64,000 nucleotides of DNA from an uncultured Candidatus Rokubacteria bacterium (lineage in GTDB: Bacteria; Methylomirabilota; Methylomirabilia; Rokubacteriales; CSP1-6): positions 224,001 through 288,000 of the forward strand of contig CAVVEU010000013.1 in NCBI GenBank assembly GCA_963747235.1, written 5' to 3'. The notes under the pieces are model-generated. The model was given only the letters and a program-made list of their open reading frames with translations. It had not been told where the DNA came from and made no database searches. The position numbers were made by a program, and so were the translations under genes. Positions 1-10,388 of this stretch are shown here, one piece after another (position 1 is the stretch's first letter; each line of letters opens with the position of its first letter).

Positions 1-484
1 CGAGCGCGCGCTGCTCGGCGTAGGAGAGGAGCCCCGCGGGCACGTCCCGCCGCGACTCCAGGCCGACGTCGGCGAGCAGGCGGGCGGCGGCCTCGTTCAG
101 GGCGCGCTCGCCGCCCAGCAGGTGCCAGAACGAGTAGCGGTAGCCCCGCGACCACAGGAGCCCGCACCGGATGTTCTCGAACACGGTCATGCGCGCGAAG
201 ATCGAGGTGACCTGGAAGCTGCGCGAGAGGCCGCGCCGGTTGATCTCGTGCGGCGCCAGGCCGTCGAGGCGCTGGCCGCCGAGCTCGATGCGGCCCGAGG
301 AGACCGGGAAGCGCCCGCTGATCAGGTTGAACAGCGTGGTCTTGCCCGCGCCGTTGGGGCCGATGATGGCGTGGCGCGAGCCGCGGGCCACGTCGAGGCT
401 CACGCCCATGATGACCGCGGTCGGCCCGAAGCTCTTGTGCACGTCGGTCAGGCGGAGGCCGGGCGCGGCTTCGGTGGCGCTCAC
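1..484 (-). CDS. livG: Branched-chain amino acid ABC transporter ATP-binding protein, LivG-like (runs off window edge)
   Basis: Read manually on the minus strand: GTG at 484 overlaps the upstream stop; LRLTDVHKSFG...IIGPNGAGKTTLFNLISG (Walker A). Confidence 0.9.
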   Translation of the reverse strand, partial: MSATEAAPGLRLTDVHKSFGPTAVIMGVSLDVARGSRHAIIGPNGAGKTTLFNLISGRFPVSSGRIELGGQRLDGLAPHEINRRGLSRSFQVTSIFARMTVFENIRCGLLWSRGYRYSFWHLLGGERALNEAAARLLADVGLESRRDVPAGLLSYAEQRAL

Positions 485-1812
485 CCCCGCCTCCCCATCG
501 CCTTGATCTCCTCGGTGACCGCGCCCCAGGCCGCGCCGATGTGGCGCATCTCCATGCGCAGCCAGAGGCCGCCGGCGGCCAGGAGCAGCGCCGCCGCGAT
601 CCAGGGCGTGCCGCCGCGAGGGTTCACGGTGACTCCGGCGAGGGTCAGGCTCTTGCCCTGGGCGGCCCCGATGGTGAGGAAGGAGCAGAGCTCGATCGTC
701 AGGACGAAGCCGACCACCACCAGGAGCGAGGGGACGACCAGGCGGGCGTAGGGACCGGCCAGGCGGCCGAGGCGGCCCGCGCGCCAGATCGGCTGGTGCA
801 TCATCACGAGGCCCGCGATCCCGCCGGGGGCGAAGGTCACCATCATGATGAACAGCACGCCCGCGTAGACCAGCCACGAGTTGGAGAGCAGGCTCACCCA
901 GCTCTGGAGCAGCACGATGAGGATCGCGCCGATCACCGGCCCCGCGAAGGCCCCGACGCCGCCGATGTAGGTCATGAGCAGCGCGTTGGCGGACATGGCC
1001 CCGCCCACCGTGTCGTAGGTGACGATCTCGTAGGTGAGGGTGTAGAGCGCGCCCGCGATGCCCGCGAAGAAGCCGGAGAGAGAGAACTGGACGAAGCGCA
1101 CCATGCGCGGGTCGTAGCCCACGAACTGGGCGCGCTCGAAGTTGTCCCGGCACGCGTTCGCCATGCGCCCGAGCGGGGTGCGGGTCAGCAGCAGCATCAG
1201 GGCCACCGCGATCGCGGTCCAGGCCACGATCAGGTAGTAGACCTGCAGCGGCTGCGCGTAGCCCACCCCGAAGAAGCTACGTCCGATCATCCGGTTGGTG
1301 CTCACGCCGCCCTCGCCCCCGAAGAAGGTCTGGAACATGAGGGCGCACGAGGTGACGAGCTCGCCGATGCCGAGGGTGATCATGGCGAAGGCGGTGGCGC
1401 GCTGCTTGGTCGCGAAGTAGCCGAAGAGGATCGCGAAGACGAGGCCGCCGAGGCCGCCCGCGAGCGGCGTCAGCTCGAGCGGCAGCCAGAGCGCGCCCGC
1501 CTTGACCGCGTTCAGGGTGTGCGCGGTGACGTACCCGCCCAGTCCCAGGAAGACGGCGTGGCCGAAGGAGAGCAGCCCGGTCTGGCCCATCTGCATGTTG
1601 TAGCTGAGCGCGAAGATGATCATGATGCCCATCTGGCTCAGCATGGACACCATGAAGCCGGAGTGCCGCCCGGTGCTCCAGTCGTAGGAGAGCCACGGCA
1701 CGAGCAGCGCCACCGCGAGCGCGACGAGCCACGGCCAGTGTCGGCCGAGGAAGCCGACGGTCGGCGAAGCGCCGAGCGTGCGGGTGGCGGGCTGCGCGAT
1801 CTGCTCGCTCAT
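481..1812 (-). CDS. livM: Branched-chain amino acid ABC transporter permease, LivM-like
   Basis: C-terminal part of ORF 481..3810 from MSEQIAQ; motifs GQTGLLSFGHAVF and FAMITLG, multiple TM segments. Confidence 0.9.
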   Translation of the reverse strand: MSEQIAQPATRTLGASPTVGFLGRHWPWLVALAVALLVPWLSYDWSTGRHSGFMVSMLSQMGIMIIFALSYNMQMGQTGLLSFGHAVFLGLGGYVTAHTLNAVKAGALWLPLELTPLAGGLGGLVFAILFGYFATKQRATAFAMITLGIGELVTSCALMFQTFFGGEGGVSTNRMIGRSFFGVGYAQPLQVYYLIVAWTAIAVALMLLLTRTPLGRMANACRDNFERAQFVGYDPRMVRFVQFSLSGFFAGIAGALYTLTYEIVTYDTVGGAMSANALLMTYIGGVGAFAGPVIGAILIVLLQSWVSLLSNSWLVYAGVLFIMMVTFAPGGIAGLVMMHQPIWRAGRLGRLAGPYARLVVPSLLVVVGFVLTIELCSFLTIGAAQGKSLTLAGVTVNPRGGTPWIAAALLLAAGGLWLRMEMRHIGAAWGAVTEEIKAMGRRG

Positions 1813-2756
1813 GTGTCGCGGGTGCCCATGAGCCCGCGCGGCTTCACCAGCAGCACGAGGATCAGCATGAGGTAGGGCAGGAGCGCGCCCACGCGGGGCA
1901 GCGGAATCGTCAGGAACTCGGCCAGGGGCGTGGCGGAGGTCACGGGGAGGCCGAGGCGCGCGAGGAGATCCGCGAACGACACGTCGAGCACCACCGCGAA
2001 GGTCTGCACGAGGCCCATGATCAGCGAGGCGATGAAGCAGCCCGCGAGCGAGCCGAGGCCGCCGAACACCACCACCACGAACACGATCGGGCCCATGGTG
2101 ATGGCCATGGACGGCTCGGTCACGAGGTAGTTGCCGCCGATCACCCCGGCCAGCCCGGCCAGGGCGGAGCCGCCCGCGAACACGATCGTGAACACGCGGG
2201 GCACGTTGTGGCCGAGGGCGCCGACCATCTCGGGGTGCGTGAGGGCGGCCTGGATGACGAGGCCGATGCGGGTGCGGGTGAGCAGGAGCCAGATGGCCAC
2301 GAACATCAGCGCCGAGATCAGCAGCATGAAGCCGCGATAGGCGTGGAAGTTCGAGCCGTAGATCTGGAAGAGCGGATGGTCCAGGACCGCGGGCACGCGG
2401 TAGGGCACCGGAAGGAGCCCCCAGGCCATCTGCACGCCCTTCTCGATGATGAAGGCCAGGCCGAAGGTGAAGAGCAGCTCGGCGATGTGGCCGTTCTTGT
2501 GGACCCGGCGGAGCGCGTACATCTCGATGAGCGCGCCCACGAGGCCGCAGATGGCGGGGGCCAGGACCAGGGCGGGCCAGAAGCCGATGAGCCGGCTCAC
2601 CGAGAAGGCGAAGTAGGCGCCCAGCATGTACATGCTGGCGTGGGCGAAGTTGAGCACGCCCATCATCGAGAAGATGAGGGTGAGGCCGCTCGCCAGCATG
2701 AAGAGCAGCATGCCGTAGACGAGGCCGTTGAGCAGCGAGACGAGCAGGACTTCCAT
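1809..2756 (-). CDS. livH: Branched-chain amino acid ABC transporter permease, LivH-like
   Basis: GLTLIFSMMGVLNFAH, FVVVVFGGLGS, KPRGLMG motifs. Confidence 0.92.
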   Translation of the reverse strand: MEVLLVSLLNGLVYGMLLFMLASGLTLIFSMMGVLNFAHASMYMLGAYFAFSVSRLIGFWPALVLAPAICGLVGALIEMYALRRVHKNGHIAELLFTFGLAFIIEKGVQMAWGLLPVPYRVPAVLDHPLFQIYGSNFHAYRGFMLLISALMFVAIWLLLTRTRIGLVIQAALTHPEMVGALGHNVPRVFTIVFAGGSALAGLAGVIGGNYLVTEPSMAITMGPIVFVVVVFGGLGSLAGCFIASLIMGLVQTFAVVLDVSFADLLARLGLPVTSATPLAEFLTIPLPRVGALLPYLMLILVLLVKPRGLMGTRDT

Positions 2757-2787
2757 GTGAGAGAGCCGTCTCACACCTGCTCCCTCG

Positions 2788-2855
2788 CCCCCTCACCCTG
2801 CCCTCTCCCCGGAGGGGAGAGGGTCGGGTGAGAGGGGAGAGGGTGGGGTGAGGGG
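2788..2855. repeat. REP-like intergenic palindrome with duplicated right arm
   Basis: CCCCTCACCCTGCCCTCTCCCC-GGA-GGGGAGAGGGTCGGGTGAGAGG followed by a second GGAGAGGGTGGGGTGAGGGG arm. Confidence 0.75.
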
Positions 2856-2867
2856 CTGCCTTTCCGT

Positions 2868-4115
2868 CTACGACGTCGGGCGCTTCATGTTGCAGGTATT
2901 GGGCTGGTCCAGGTCCTTGGGCAGGACGGTGGTCTCCGTCTTCCAGCCGAGCCCGGTCTTCTCCGAGTCGTACTTCACGCCCTTGGTGAAGACCCCCACG
3001 AAGTACTCGCTCAGGATCTGGTGGTCGGCCTTTCGCATCGTCACCTGGTGGCCGAGCATGTCGGTGATGGTGAGGCCCTCGAGGGCCGCCGAGAACTTGA
3101 TCGGATCGGCGGAGCCCGCCTTGTTCATGGCGGCCTGGAGGAACTCGAAGATGGTCCGGAAGCCGGCCGCGTAGAAATCGTAGTCGTGCGTGGACCGGAA
3201 CTGCTTGGTCCAGCCCTCGGTGTCGGTCTTGCCGGTCTCGACCGCGATGTTCTCGTGGAACGCCATGACCGAGCGCACCTTGCCGTTGCCGGCGGGGCCG
3301 ATGGCGGTGGCGCCGCCGCCCAGGTGCGCGTACATCGTGTAGTAGCGGATGTCGAGGCCCGAGTCCATGCCGCCCTTGATCAGGAGCGTCATGTCGGGTC
3401 CCCAGTTGCCCGTGATCAGGGCCTGCGCGCCCGAGGCCTTGATCTTGGTGATGTAGGGCGAGAAGTCCTTGACCTTGCCGAGCGGGATCAGCTCGTCGCC
3501 CACCACCTTCACGTCGGGCCGGACCTTGCCCAGGAAGGTCTTGATGTCGCGCTGCACCGACTGCCCGAAGAGGTAGTCCTGGTTGAGCAGGTAGACCTTG
3601 GTCACGTCCTTGGGCAGGGCGCGGACCATGGTCTCGGCCTTCATGCCCACGTGCGCGTCCATGCGGAAGTGCCAGTAGCTGCACTTCTCGTTGGTCAGCT
3701 CGGTGGCCACCGCCCCGCAGTTGATGTAGACGATCCGGTTGGTCGGGTTCCGCTCGTTGTGCTTGTCCACGCCCTCGATGAGGGCGGCCGCGATGTTGGA
3801 CCCCGAGCACTGCATGATCACCGGGATGTTCTGGTCGGTGGCCGACTTCAGCGCGAGCAGCGCCTCGGAGGGCTGCGACTTGTTGTCGAAGGAGACCAGC
3901 TCGAACTTCTTCCCCAGGGCCCCGCCGCGGCCGTTGATGTAGTCGATGATGTACTTGAACTGCTGCAGGTTCTGGTCGCCCACCTGCGCGAAGGGCCCCG
4001 ACAGGGGATCGGTGTACATGACCTTGATCGTGTTCTGGGCCTGGGCCGTCCCGGTGGTGAGAACGAAGCCGATGGCCAGTAGGGTTGATGTGATCCGCTT
4101 GAGCCAGTCGCGCAT
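2868..4115 (-). CDS. Branched-chain amino acid ABC transporter substrate-binding protein
   Basis: Signal peptide ending AQA, DPLSGPFA, INGRGGALG motifs; AGAGGAG RBS upstream of ATG 4115. Confidence 0.9.
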   Translation of the reverse strand: MRDWLKRITSTLLAIGFVLTTGTAQAQNTIKVMYTDPLSGPFAQVGDQNLQQFKYIIDYINGRGGALGKKFELVSFDNKSQPSEALLALKSATDQNIPVIMQCSGSNIAAALIEGVDKHNERNPTNRIVYINCGAVATELTNEKCSYWHFRMDAHVGMKAETMVRALPKDVTKVYLLNQDYLFGQSVQRDIKTFLGKVRPDVKVVGDELIPLGKVKDFSPYITKIKASGAQALITGNWGPDMTLLIKGGMDSGLDIRYYTMYAHLGGGATAIGPAGNGKVRSVMAFHENIAVETGKTDTEGWTKQFRSTHDYDFYAAGFRTIFEFLQAAMNKAGSADPIKFSAALEGLTITDMLGHQVTMRKADHQILSEYFVGVFTKGVKYDSEKTGLGWKTETTVLPKDLDQPNTCNMKRPTS

Positions 4116-4223
4116 GGGGCCTCCTCTTTGAGTGGCGCGGGTTGCGCCGCCGTCCATGATTCGAGCAGGGCGAGGGTATCCCTCTCCGTGGCGCAAGTCA
4201 AAGAAGATAGTAGGATAGCGGCC

Positions 4224-5226
4224 ATGCTCAATGTCCTCGTGACCATGCGCTTCGATCAGAGACCAGCTCGACCGCCTGCGGGCGGTCTCCCCCGAGATCC
4301 GGGTGTCGCAGGCGGATCCGGAAACCGCGGATTATGGCAAGACCGACGTGCTCTACGCGGGCGCGCCGCCGCGCGAGCTCGGCCGGGCGCCCGCGCTGCG
4401 CTGGGTGCAGCTCCACATGGCGGGCGTGAACGCCCTCGCGGACCATCCGCTCTACACGAAGACCGCGATCCCGCTCACGACCTCGAGCGGCGTGCACGCC
4501 GCCACCATCGCGGAGTACGCGGTGACGATGCTGCTGGCCCTGGCCCACCGGGTCCCGCGCATGGTGGAGTGGCAGGGGCGCGGCGGCTGGCCGCCGGACG
4601 AGCAGCGCTGGCCGCTCTTCGTGCCCGCCGAGGTGCGGGGCGCGACGCTCGGCATCATCGGCTACGGGAGCATCGGCCGCGAGCTGGCGCGCATCGCCAA
4701 GTCCGCCTTCGCGATGACGGTGCTGGCGTGCAAGCGCGATCCCGCGCGCCGCGCCGACGACGGCTACACGCTGCCCGGCACCGGCGATCCGGACGGGATG
4801 CTGCCCGACGAGTGGCTCGGGCACGCGCAGCTCGACTCCCTGCTGGCGCGGTCGGACGTGGTGGTGCTCTGCGCGCCGCTCACGGCCGAGACGCGCGGCC
4901 TGATCGGCGCGAAGGCCCTCGCCCGCATGAAGCCGTCCGCGTTCTTCATCAACGTGGGGCGGGGCGCCAGCGTGGACGAGGCGGCGCTGGCCCGCGCGCT
5001 CCGCGAGCGGCAGATCGCGGGCGCGGCGGTGGACGTCTTCGACCGGGAGCCGCCGCCGGCCGGCCACCCGCTCTACACGGTGGACAACGTCATCGTCTCC
5101 CCGCACGTCTCCGGGTTCCTGCCGAGCTACGACGAGAAGTGCTCGGTGCTCTTCGCGGAGAACCTGCGGCGCTTCCTGGCCGGCGCGCCGCTGCTGAACC
5201 TGGTGGATCGGGCGCGCGGCTACTAG
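4224..5226 (+). CDS. D-2-hydroxyacid dehydrogenase (indel near 4258)
   Basis: GIIGYGSIG Rossmann motif, INVGRG, SPHVSG; N-terminus MLNVLVTMRFD is in a different frame. Confidence 0.88.
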
Positions 5227-7248
5227 CCGAGCGTGCCGGAGTGGACGGCGCGCAGCTCCACGAGCCCGCCGCCGTCCAGGCCGAGCATGGCGAGCGCGCC
5301 GGGCGCGATCTCGCCGCGCGGCCCGTCGCCGGGCATGAGCGAGTCCACCCACGCCCGCAGCGGGGCGCCGCGCGGGTTCACCAGCTCCACGATGGCGCCC
5401 GTTCCAATGCCCAGGCGCGCGGCGGTGTGGCTGTCGAGGCGCACGAGGCGGCCCCGGTCCGCGTCCAGATCCGCCACCGGGGTGAAGCGCACGCGGAGCC
5501 GGCCGGCCAGGAGCGTCGCGCGCGTCGCCGCGGTCGCGGCGGCGTCCACCGCGCCGGCGCGCCAGATCACGCCGTAGTCGCGCGCCGCCGCCGGCGGCGT
5601 GACATAGCCCTCGGCGATGTCCGCGGCCACCGCGGCCGGATCGCGGGCGAGCGGGTCGCCGAAGCCGCCGCCGCCCGAGCTCTCCATCAGGAGCACGTCG
5701 TCGGGCAGGAGCGGGAAGCCGCCGACCTTGCCCGGCAGCGGGGAGGGCTGGATCGGCTGCTCGCCGCGGCGCACCCAGAAGCGGTTGGTCGCGCCGGACC
5801 CGCCGCCGCAGACGCCGAAGGGCGGGAGCACCGCCTTCTCCGCCAGCACCGAGAGCCGGCTCGACGGGCACCAGGATGCGGACTTCCCGCGTGAGCCCGA
5901 GGCCGCCGCGCCACTGGCCCGCCCCGCCCGAGTCTTCACGCAGCGACGTCCGCTCGATGCGCACCGGATAGAGCTGCTCCACCGCCTCGATGGGCTGGAG
6001 CGTGGTCATGTCGCTCTCGGTCCACGTGCGGACGGTGTTGCTGCCGTCGCCGCCGTGGAAGCCGCCGGTGCCGCCGGCCGGGTACTCGTAGAAGATGAAG
6101 GTCTCGCCGGTCCGCGGATCGGGCCCGCCGACGTAGCAGTGGTTGCCGCCCCCCTTGAGGTCGCCGGCCACCCGACCGTCGAGGGCCTGGGCCAGCGCGC
6201 CCATCACCGCGGTCTCCACGCAGTACTTCACCTCGACCATGCCGCCGCACGGCGCGGGAGGATTCGCGTTGACGACGGTCCCGGGCGGGGTAATCACGGT
6301 GAGCGGCCGGAACGCGCCGGAGTTCACGTCGGTGCCGGGATCGAGGAAGGACTTGATGATGGTGAAGGCGCCGGTGGGGGCCATGGCCGGGCCGACGTTG
6401 GTGGGCGCCGCGGTCTGGGGCGAGGTCCCGGTGAGATCCACCGTGATCGTCTCGCCCGCGACGACGACGCGCGCGCGGATGCTCAACGGCTCCAGGCGCA
6501 CGCGCCCGCTCTCGAGATGCGCCTCGTAGGAGTACTGACCATCCGGCAGCGCGCCGATCGCCCGCCGCATGCGCAGCTCGGCGCGGTCCATCAGCTCCAC
6601 CACCGCGGCCCGGACCACGGAGGCGCCATAGCGCGCGGCCAGGGCCTCGACGCGCTCGGCCGCCTTGCGGCAGGTGCCGATCATGGCGTCGAAGTCGCCC
6701 TTGCGCTCCCGGGGCCCGCGCATGTTGTGGAAGATGAGATCGAGCGCGGCCTGGTTGGGCGTGCCGCGGTCCACGATGCGGATGGGCGGGATGCGGACGC
6801 CTTCCTGGAAGATCTCGGTGGCGTCGCCGGAGAGGCTGCCCGGGCTCATGCCGCCCACGTCGCCCCAGTGCGCGCGCACCACCGGGAAGACGAAGAGCCG
6901 CCCGTCCGCGAAGATCGGGTAGATCATGGCCACGTCGTTCAGGTGGGTGCCGCCGGTGTAGGGGTCGTTGTGCAGGAAGATGTCGCCCGGGTGGATGTCG
7001 TCCCCGAACTTCTCCTTCACCGACTTCATGGACCAGCTGATCGGCACGATGTGGAGCGGATGGTCCTGCCCCTTGGACATCGCGACGAGCTGGGCGTCGC
7101 CGTCCATGAGCACGCAGGAGAAGTCCTCGCCCTCGTAGAGGATCGAGGAGTACGCGGTGCGCACCAGGGTGACCCGCATCTCGCGCACGATCGACGAGAA
7201 GGTCTCGCGCAGGACTTCCAGCGTGATGGGATCGACGGCGGCGCTCAC
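5223..7248 (-). CDS. Hydantoinase B/oxoprolinase family protein with C-terminal extension (indel near 5865)
   Basis: NDPYTGGTHLND, HWGDVGG, EDSGGAGQWRGG; continues in ORF 5223..5939 with SGGGGFGDPLARDP. Confidence 0.9.
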
Positions 7249-9284
7249 GCGCGGGCCTCCCGCTCGAAGCGGAGATTGCCGTGGGGATCCATCGCGCCGC
7301 GCCAGCCGGGCGGCACCACGGTGGTGGCCCCGAACTCCTCCACGATGGCGGGCCCGTGGAGCTCGGCTCCCTCCGGCAGGCGGTCGCGGTCCCAGACCGG
7401 GCAGTCGTGCGCCCGGCCCTCGAACCAGACCGGCCGGCGCTCGTCGAGCGCGCTCGCGAGCTCCGCGCCCGGCGCGATGTGCCGCGCCGCGACCGGCTTG
7501 GGCACGAGGCCGTAGGCGGTGAGGCGCGCGTTGACCAGCTCGATGGCGGCCTGCGGATTGGCATGACCGTAGGTGTCGCGATGCTGGCGGTGGAAGTCGC
7601 TCTCGATCCGGTCGAGCTGGAGGTCGGTGTCGGCGGCCGGGATGTTGAGCTCGAAGGCCTGGCCGCGGTAGCGGAGATCCAGCGAGCGCAGGAGCTTCTG
7701 CTGCTCGGGCGCGAAGCCTTCCCGCTCGAGCTGCTGGCGCGCGGCGGCCTCCATCTCCGCGAAGGCCTGGCGCAGGGCAGGGAGGCGGTCGCGGAGCGGG
7801 CCCACGCGCGTGCGGACGTCATCGTGCTTGATGTCGGCGGCCAGCAGGCCCAGCGCCGAGAAGTTGCCCGGATGCCGCGGGACGAGGACGCGCGGGATGC
7901 CGATCTCGTCGGCCATCGCGAGGGCGTGCATCGGTCCCGCGCCGCCGAAGGCGATCAGGGTGAAGTCGCGCGGATCGTGGCCGCGCTGGATGGAGATCTC
8001 GCGGATCGCGGAGGTCATGCGGGCGACCGCGATGGTGACGATGCCCTCGGCGAGCGCCTCGACGCCCAGCGGCCGGTCCATCCGGCGCGCGAGCTCCTCC
8101 ACCGCGCGACGGGCGCGCGCGGGATCGATGCCGATGCTCCCGCCCAGGCGCCGCCGCGCGCCGATGCGCCCGAGGACGACATTGGCGTCGGTGACCGCGG
8201 GCTCGGTGCCGCCGAGGCCGTAGGCGGCCGGGCCCGGCGCGGCGCCCGCGCTGCGCGGGCCGACCTGGAGGCTGCCGTCCACGTCGAGCCAGGCGATGGA
8301 GCCGCCGCCCGCGCCCACCGTGTGCATGTCGATCTGCGAGACCTTCACCGGGAACGCGCCCACCATGGAGTCGGCGGTCATGAGGGGCTGCAGATCGCGC
8401 ACGAGGCAGACGTCGGTGGAGGTGCCGCCCATGTCGTAGGTGATGAAGTCGCGGATGCCCGCCGCCGCGCCCACGAAGCAGGCCTGGCTCACGCCGCCCG
8501 CCGGCCCCGAGAAGATGGTCTTGATGGGCAGGCGGCGCGCGGTGTCGGTGGTCATCATGCCGCCGCTCGAGGCGACCGTGAGCACGCCGTACGCGTAGCC
8601 GGTGGCGAGGAGGCGCTCCTCCAGGGAGGTGAGATAGCCCTCCATCAGCGGCTGGAGGTAGGCGTTGAGCACGGTGGTCGAGAAGCGCTCGAACTCGCGG
8701 TACTCGGCCACCACGTCGGCCGAGCAGGAGACGGGCAGGCCGGGGGCGCGGCCCTTGGCCGCGTCGGCCACGAGGCGCTCGTGCGCGGGGTTGAGGTAGG
8801 CGTGGAGAAAGCACACCGCCACCGCCTCCGCATCGGCGGCGAGGGCGCCGTCGAGCGCGCGCTCGATGGAGGCCGGGTCGAGCGGGATCAGCACCGCGCC
8901 GTCGGGGCCGAGCCGCTCGGTCACCTCGAAGCGATGCTTACGCTCCACCACCGGCTTCGGCCGCACGAAGGTCGGGATGAACAGCGCCGGGATATTGCGC
9001 TTGGTGCGGCCGATCTCGATGAGGTCGCGGAAGCCGGCGGTGGTCAGCAGCGCGACCCGGGCCCCGCGCCGCTCGAGCACCGCGTTGGTGCCCACGGTGG
9101 TGCCGTGCACCAGGCGGCGCACGTCCGCGCTGGCGATGCCGAGCGCCTGGAGCCCGGCCAGCACCGCTTCCGCCTCGTGGCGGGGGCGCGACGGCACCTT
9201 GGTGACGACCACACGCCCGGTCTCCGCATCCACCGCGGTGAGATCCGTGAAGGTCCCGCCGACGTCGATCCCGACGATGTACAT
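7245..9284 (-). CDS. Hydantoinase A/oxoprolinase family protein
   Basis: GIDVGGTFTD, HGTTVGTN, DMGGTSTD, GAGGGSIA, FGGAGPMH motifs. Confidence 0.93.
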   Translation of the reverse strand: MYIVGIDVGGTFTDLTAVDAETGRVVVTKVPSRPRHEAEAVLAGLQALGIASADVRRLVHGTTVGTNAVLERRGARVALLTTAGFRDLIEIGRTKRNIPALFIPTFVRPKPVVERKHRFEVTERLGPDGAVLIPLDPASIERALDGALAADAEAVAVCFLHAYLNPAHERLVADAAKGRAPGLPVSCSADVVAEYREFERFSTTVLNAYLQPLMEGYLTSLEERLLATGYAYGVLTVASSGGMMTTDTARRLPIKTIFSGPAGGVSQACFVGAAAGIRDFITYDMGGTSTDVCLVRDLQPLMTADSMVGAFPVKVSQIDMHTVGAGGGSIAWLDVDGSLQVGPRSAGAAPGPAAYGLGGTEPAVTDANVVLGRIGARRRLGGSIGIDPARARRAVEELARRMDRPLGVEALAEGIVTIAVARMTSAIREISIQRGHDPRDFTLIAFGGAGPMHALAMADEIGIPRVLVPRHPGNFSALGLLAADIKHDDVRTRVGPLRDRLPALRQAFAEMEAAARQQLEREGFAPEQQKLLRSLDLRYRGQAFELNIPAADTDLQLDRIESDFHRQHRDTYGHANPQAAIELVNARLTAYGLVPKPVAARHIAPGAELASALDERRPVWFEGRAHDCPVWDRDRLPEGAELHGPAIVEEFGATTVVPPGWRGAMDPHGNLRFEREARA

Positions 9285-9287
9285 GGC

Positions 9288-10388
9288 TCAGAGCCCCGCG
9301 GTGTCGAGCACCACGTTCGCGGCGCGCACGAGGCACGGGGCCCGGTCGGCGATGTGGGCCATGCGGATGTCGGTGGACTCGCCACGCGCCCAGCGGCGGT
9401 GGAGCTGGACGACCACGACCACCGTCTTCCAGAGCGCAAACGCCTCCCACCAGCTCACCGCGCCGGGATCGGCGCCGGTCCGCGCGATGTAGCGCGCGGT
9501 GATCTCCGCGCGCGTGGGCAGGCCCATGCGGGCCAGGCCCGGCCGCGTCCCGCGCTGGGTCGCCTCGGTGTCCATGGGGTCGGGCCAGTAGTTGAGCAGG
9601 GTGCCGAGGTCCACCAGCGGGTCGCCGAGGGTTGTCATGTCCCAGTCGAAGATGGAGGTCACGCGGTCGGGGTTCTCCGGGGCGAACTGGCAGTTGTCGA
9701 GCTTGAGATCGTTGTGGACGATGGATGCGCGGCGGGGCGTCGGACGGCGGGCGGCCAGGCGCGCGTGGATCCGCTCCATGTCGTTCCTCGCGTCGTCCGG
9801 GCGGGCGAGGGCCCAGCGCTTCGCCCAGCCGTCGAGCTGGCGGTCTACGAAGCCGTCGGGCCGGCCGAGGTCGCCGAGCCCGCACGCCGCGGGCGCGAGC
9901 GCGTGGAGATCGGCCATCGCCTCGACCAGGGCGAAGGCGAGCCGGCGGCCCGCGTCGGGATGCGCGCGCAGGGCGGGCGGCATCGTGTCGCGTACGACCT
10001 CGCCGCGGCGGCGCTCCATCACGAAGAAGTCGGCGCCGAGGACGGCGGGGTCGTCGCAAAAGAGGTAGCCGCGCGGCGCCCGGTCGAAATGCGACCAGAG
10101 CCGCGAGAGCACCTTGAACTCGCGCTTCATGTCGTGGGCGCCCGGGGCGATCTCGCCGAACGGCGGCCGGCGCAGGACCAGCTCGTGCGGGCCGACGCGG
10201 AGCAGGTAGGTGAGGTTGGCCGAGCCGTTCGGGAACTGGAGGACCTCGAGGGGGCCGCGCGCGGCCGGTAGCGCGTCGGCGAGGCGCGGGGCCAGCCACG
10301 CCTCGAGCGAGGCCCAGTCGAGCTGCTCGCCGGGACGGACCGGCGCGACCTCCGCCGGCGGCTCGGCCGCGGACGGGAGCGCCGTCAG
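9288..10388 (-). CDS. APH/choline-kinase-like phosphotransferase (ACAD10-type), probable CTG start
   Basis: HNDLKLDN and DWDM kinase motifs; the frame is open upstream of 10130 and encodes QFPNGSANLTY...LVLRRPP...AHDM; the start is inferred. Confidence 0.85.
   Translation of the reverse strand: MTALPSAAEPPAEVAPVRPGEQLDWASLEAWLAPRLADALPAARGPLEVLQFPNGSANLTYLLRVGPHELVLRRPPFGEIAPGAHDMKREFKVLSRLWSHFDRAPRGYLFCDDPAVLGADFFVMERRRGEVVRDTMPPALRAHPDAGRRLAFALVEAMADLHALAPAACGLGDLGRPDGFVDRQLDGWAKRWALARPDDARNDMERIHARLAARRPTPRRASIVHNDLKLDNCQFAPENPDRVTSIFDWDMTTLGDPLVDLGTLLNYWPDPMDTEATQRGTRPGLARMGLPTRAEITARYIARTGADPGAVSWWEAFALWKTVVVVVQLHRRWARGESTDIRMAHIADRAPCLVRAANVVLDTAGL

Noticed and set aside
7281-10271. 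Long antisense and alternative-frame ORFs (this one and many similar)
   Set aside because: Arg/Gly/Ala/Pro-rich shadow ORFs expected at this GC content, overlapping well-supported genes.
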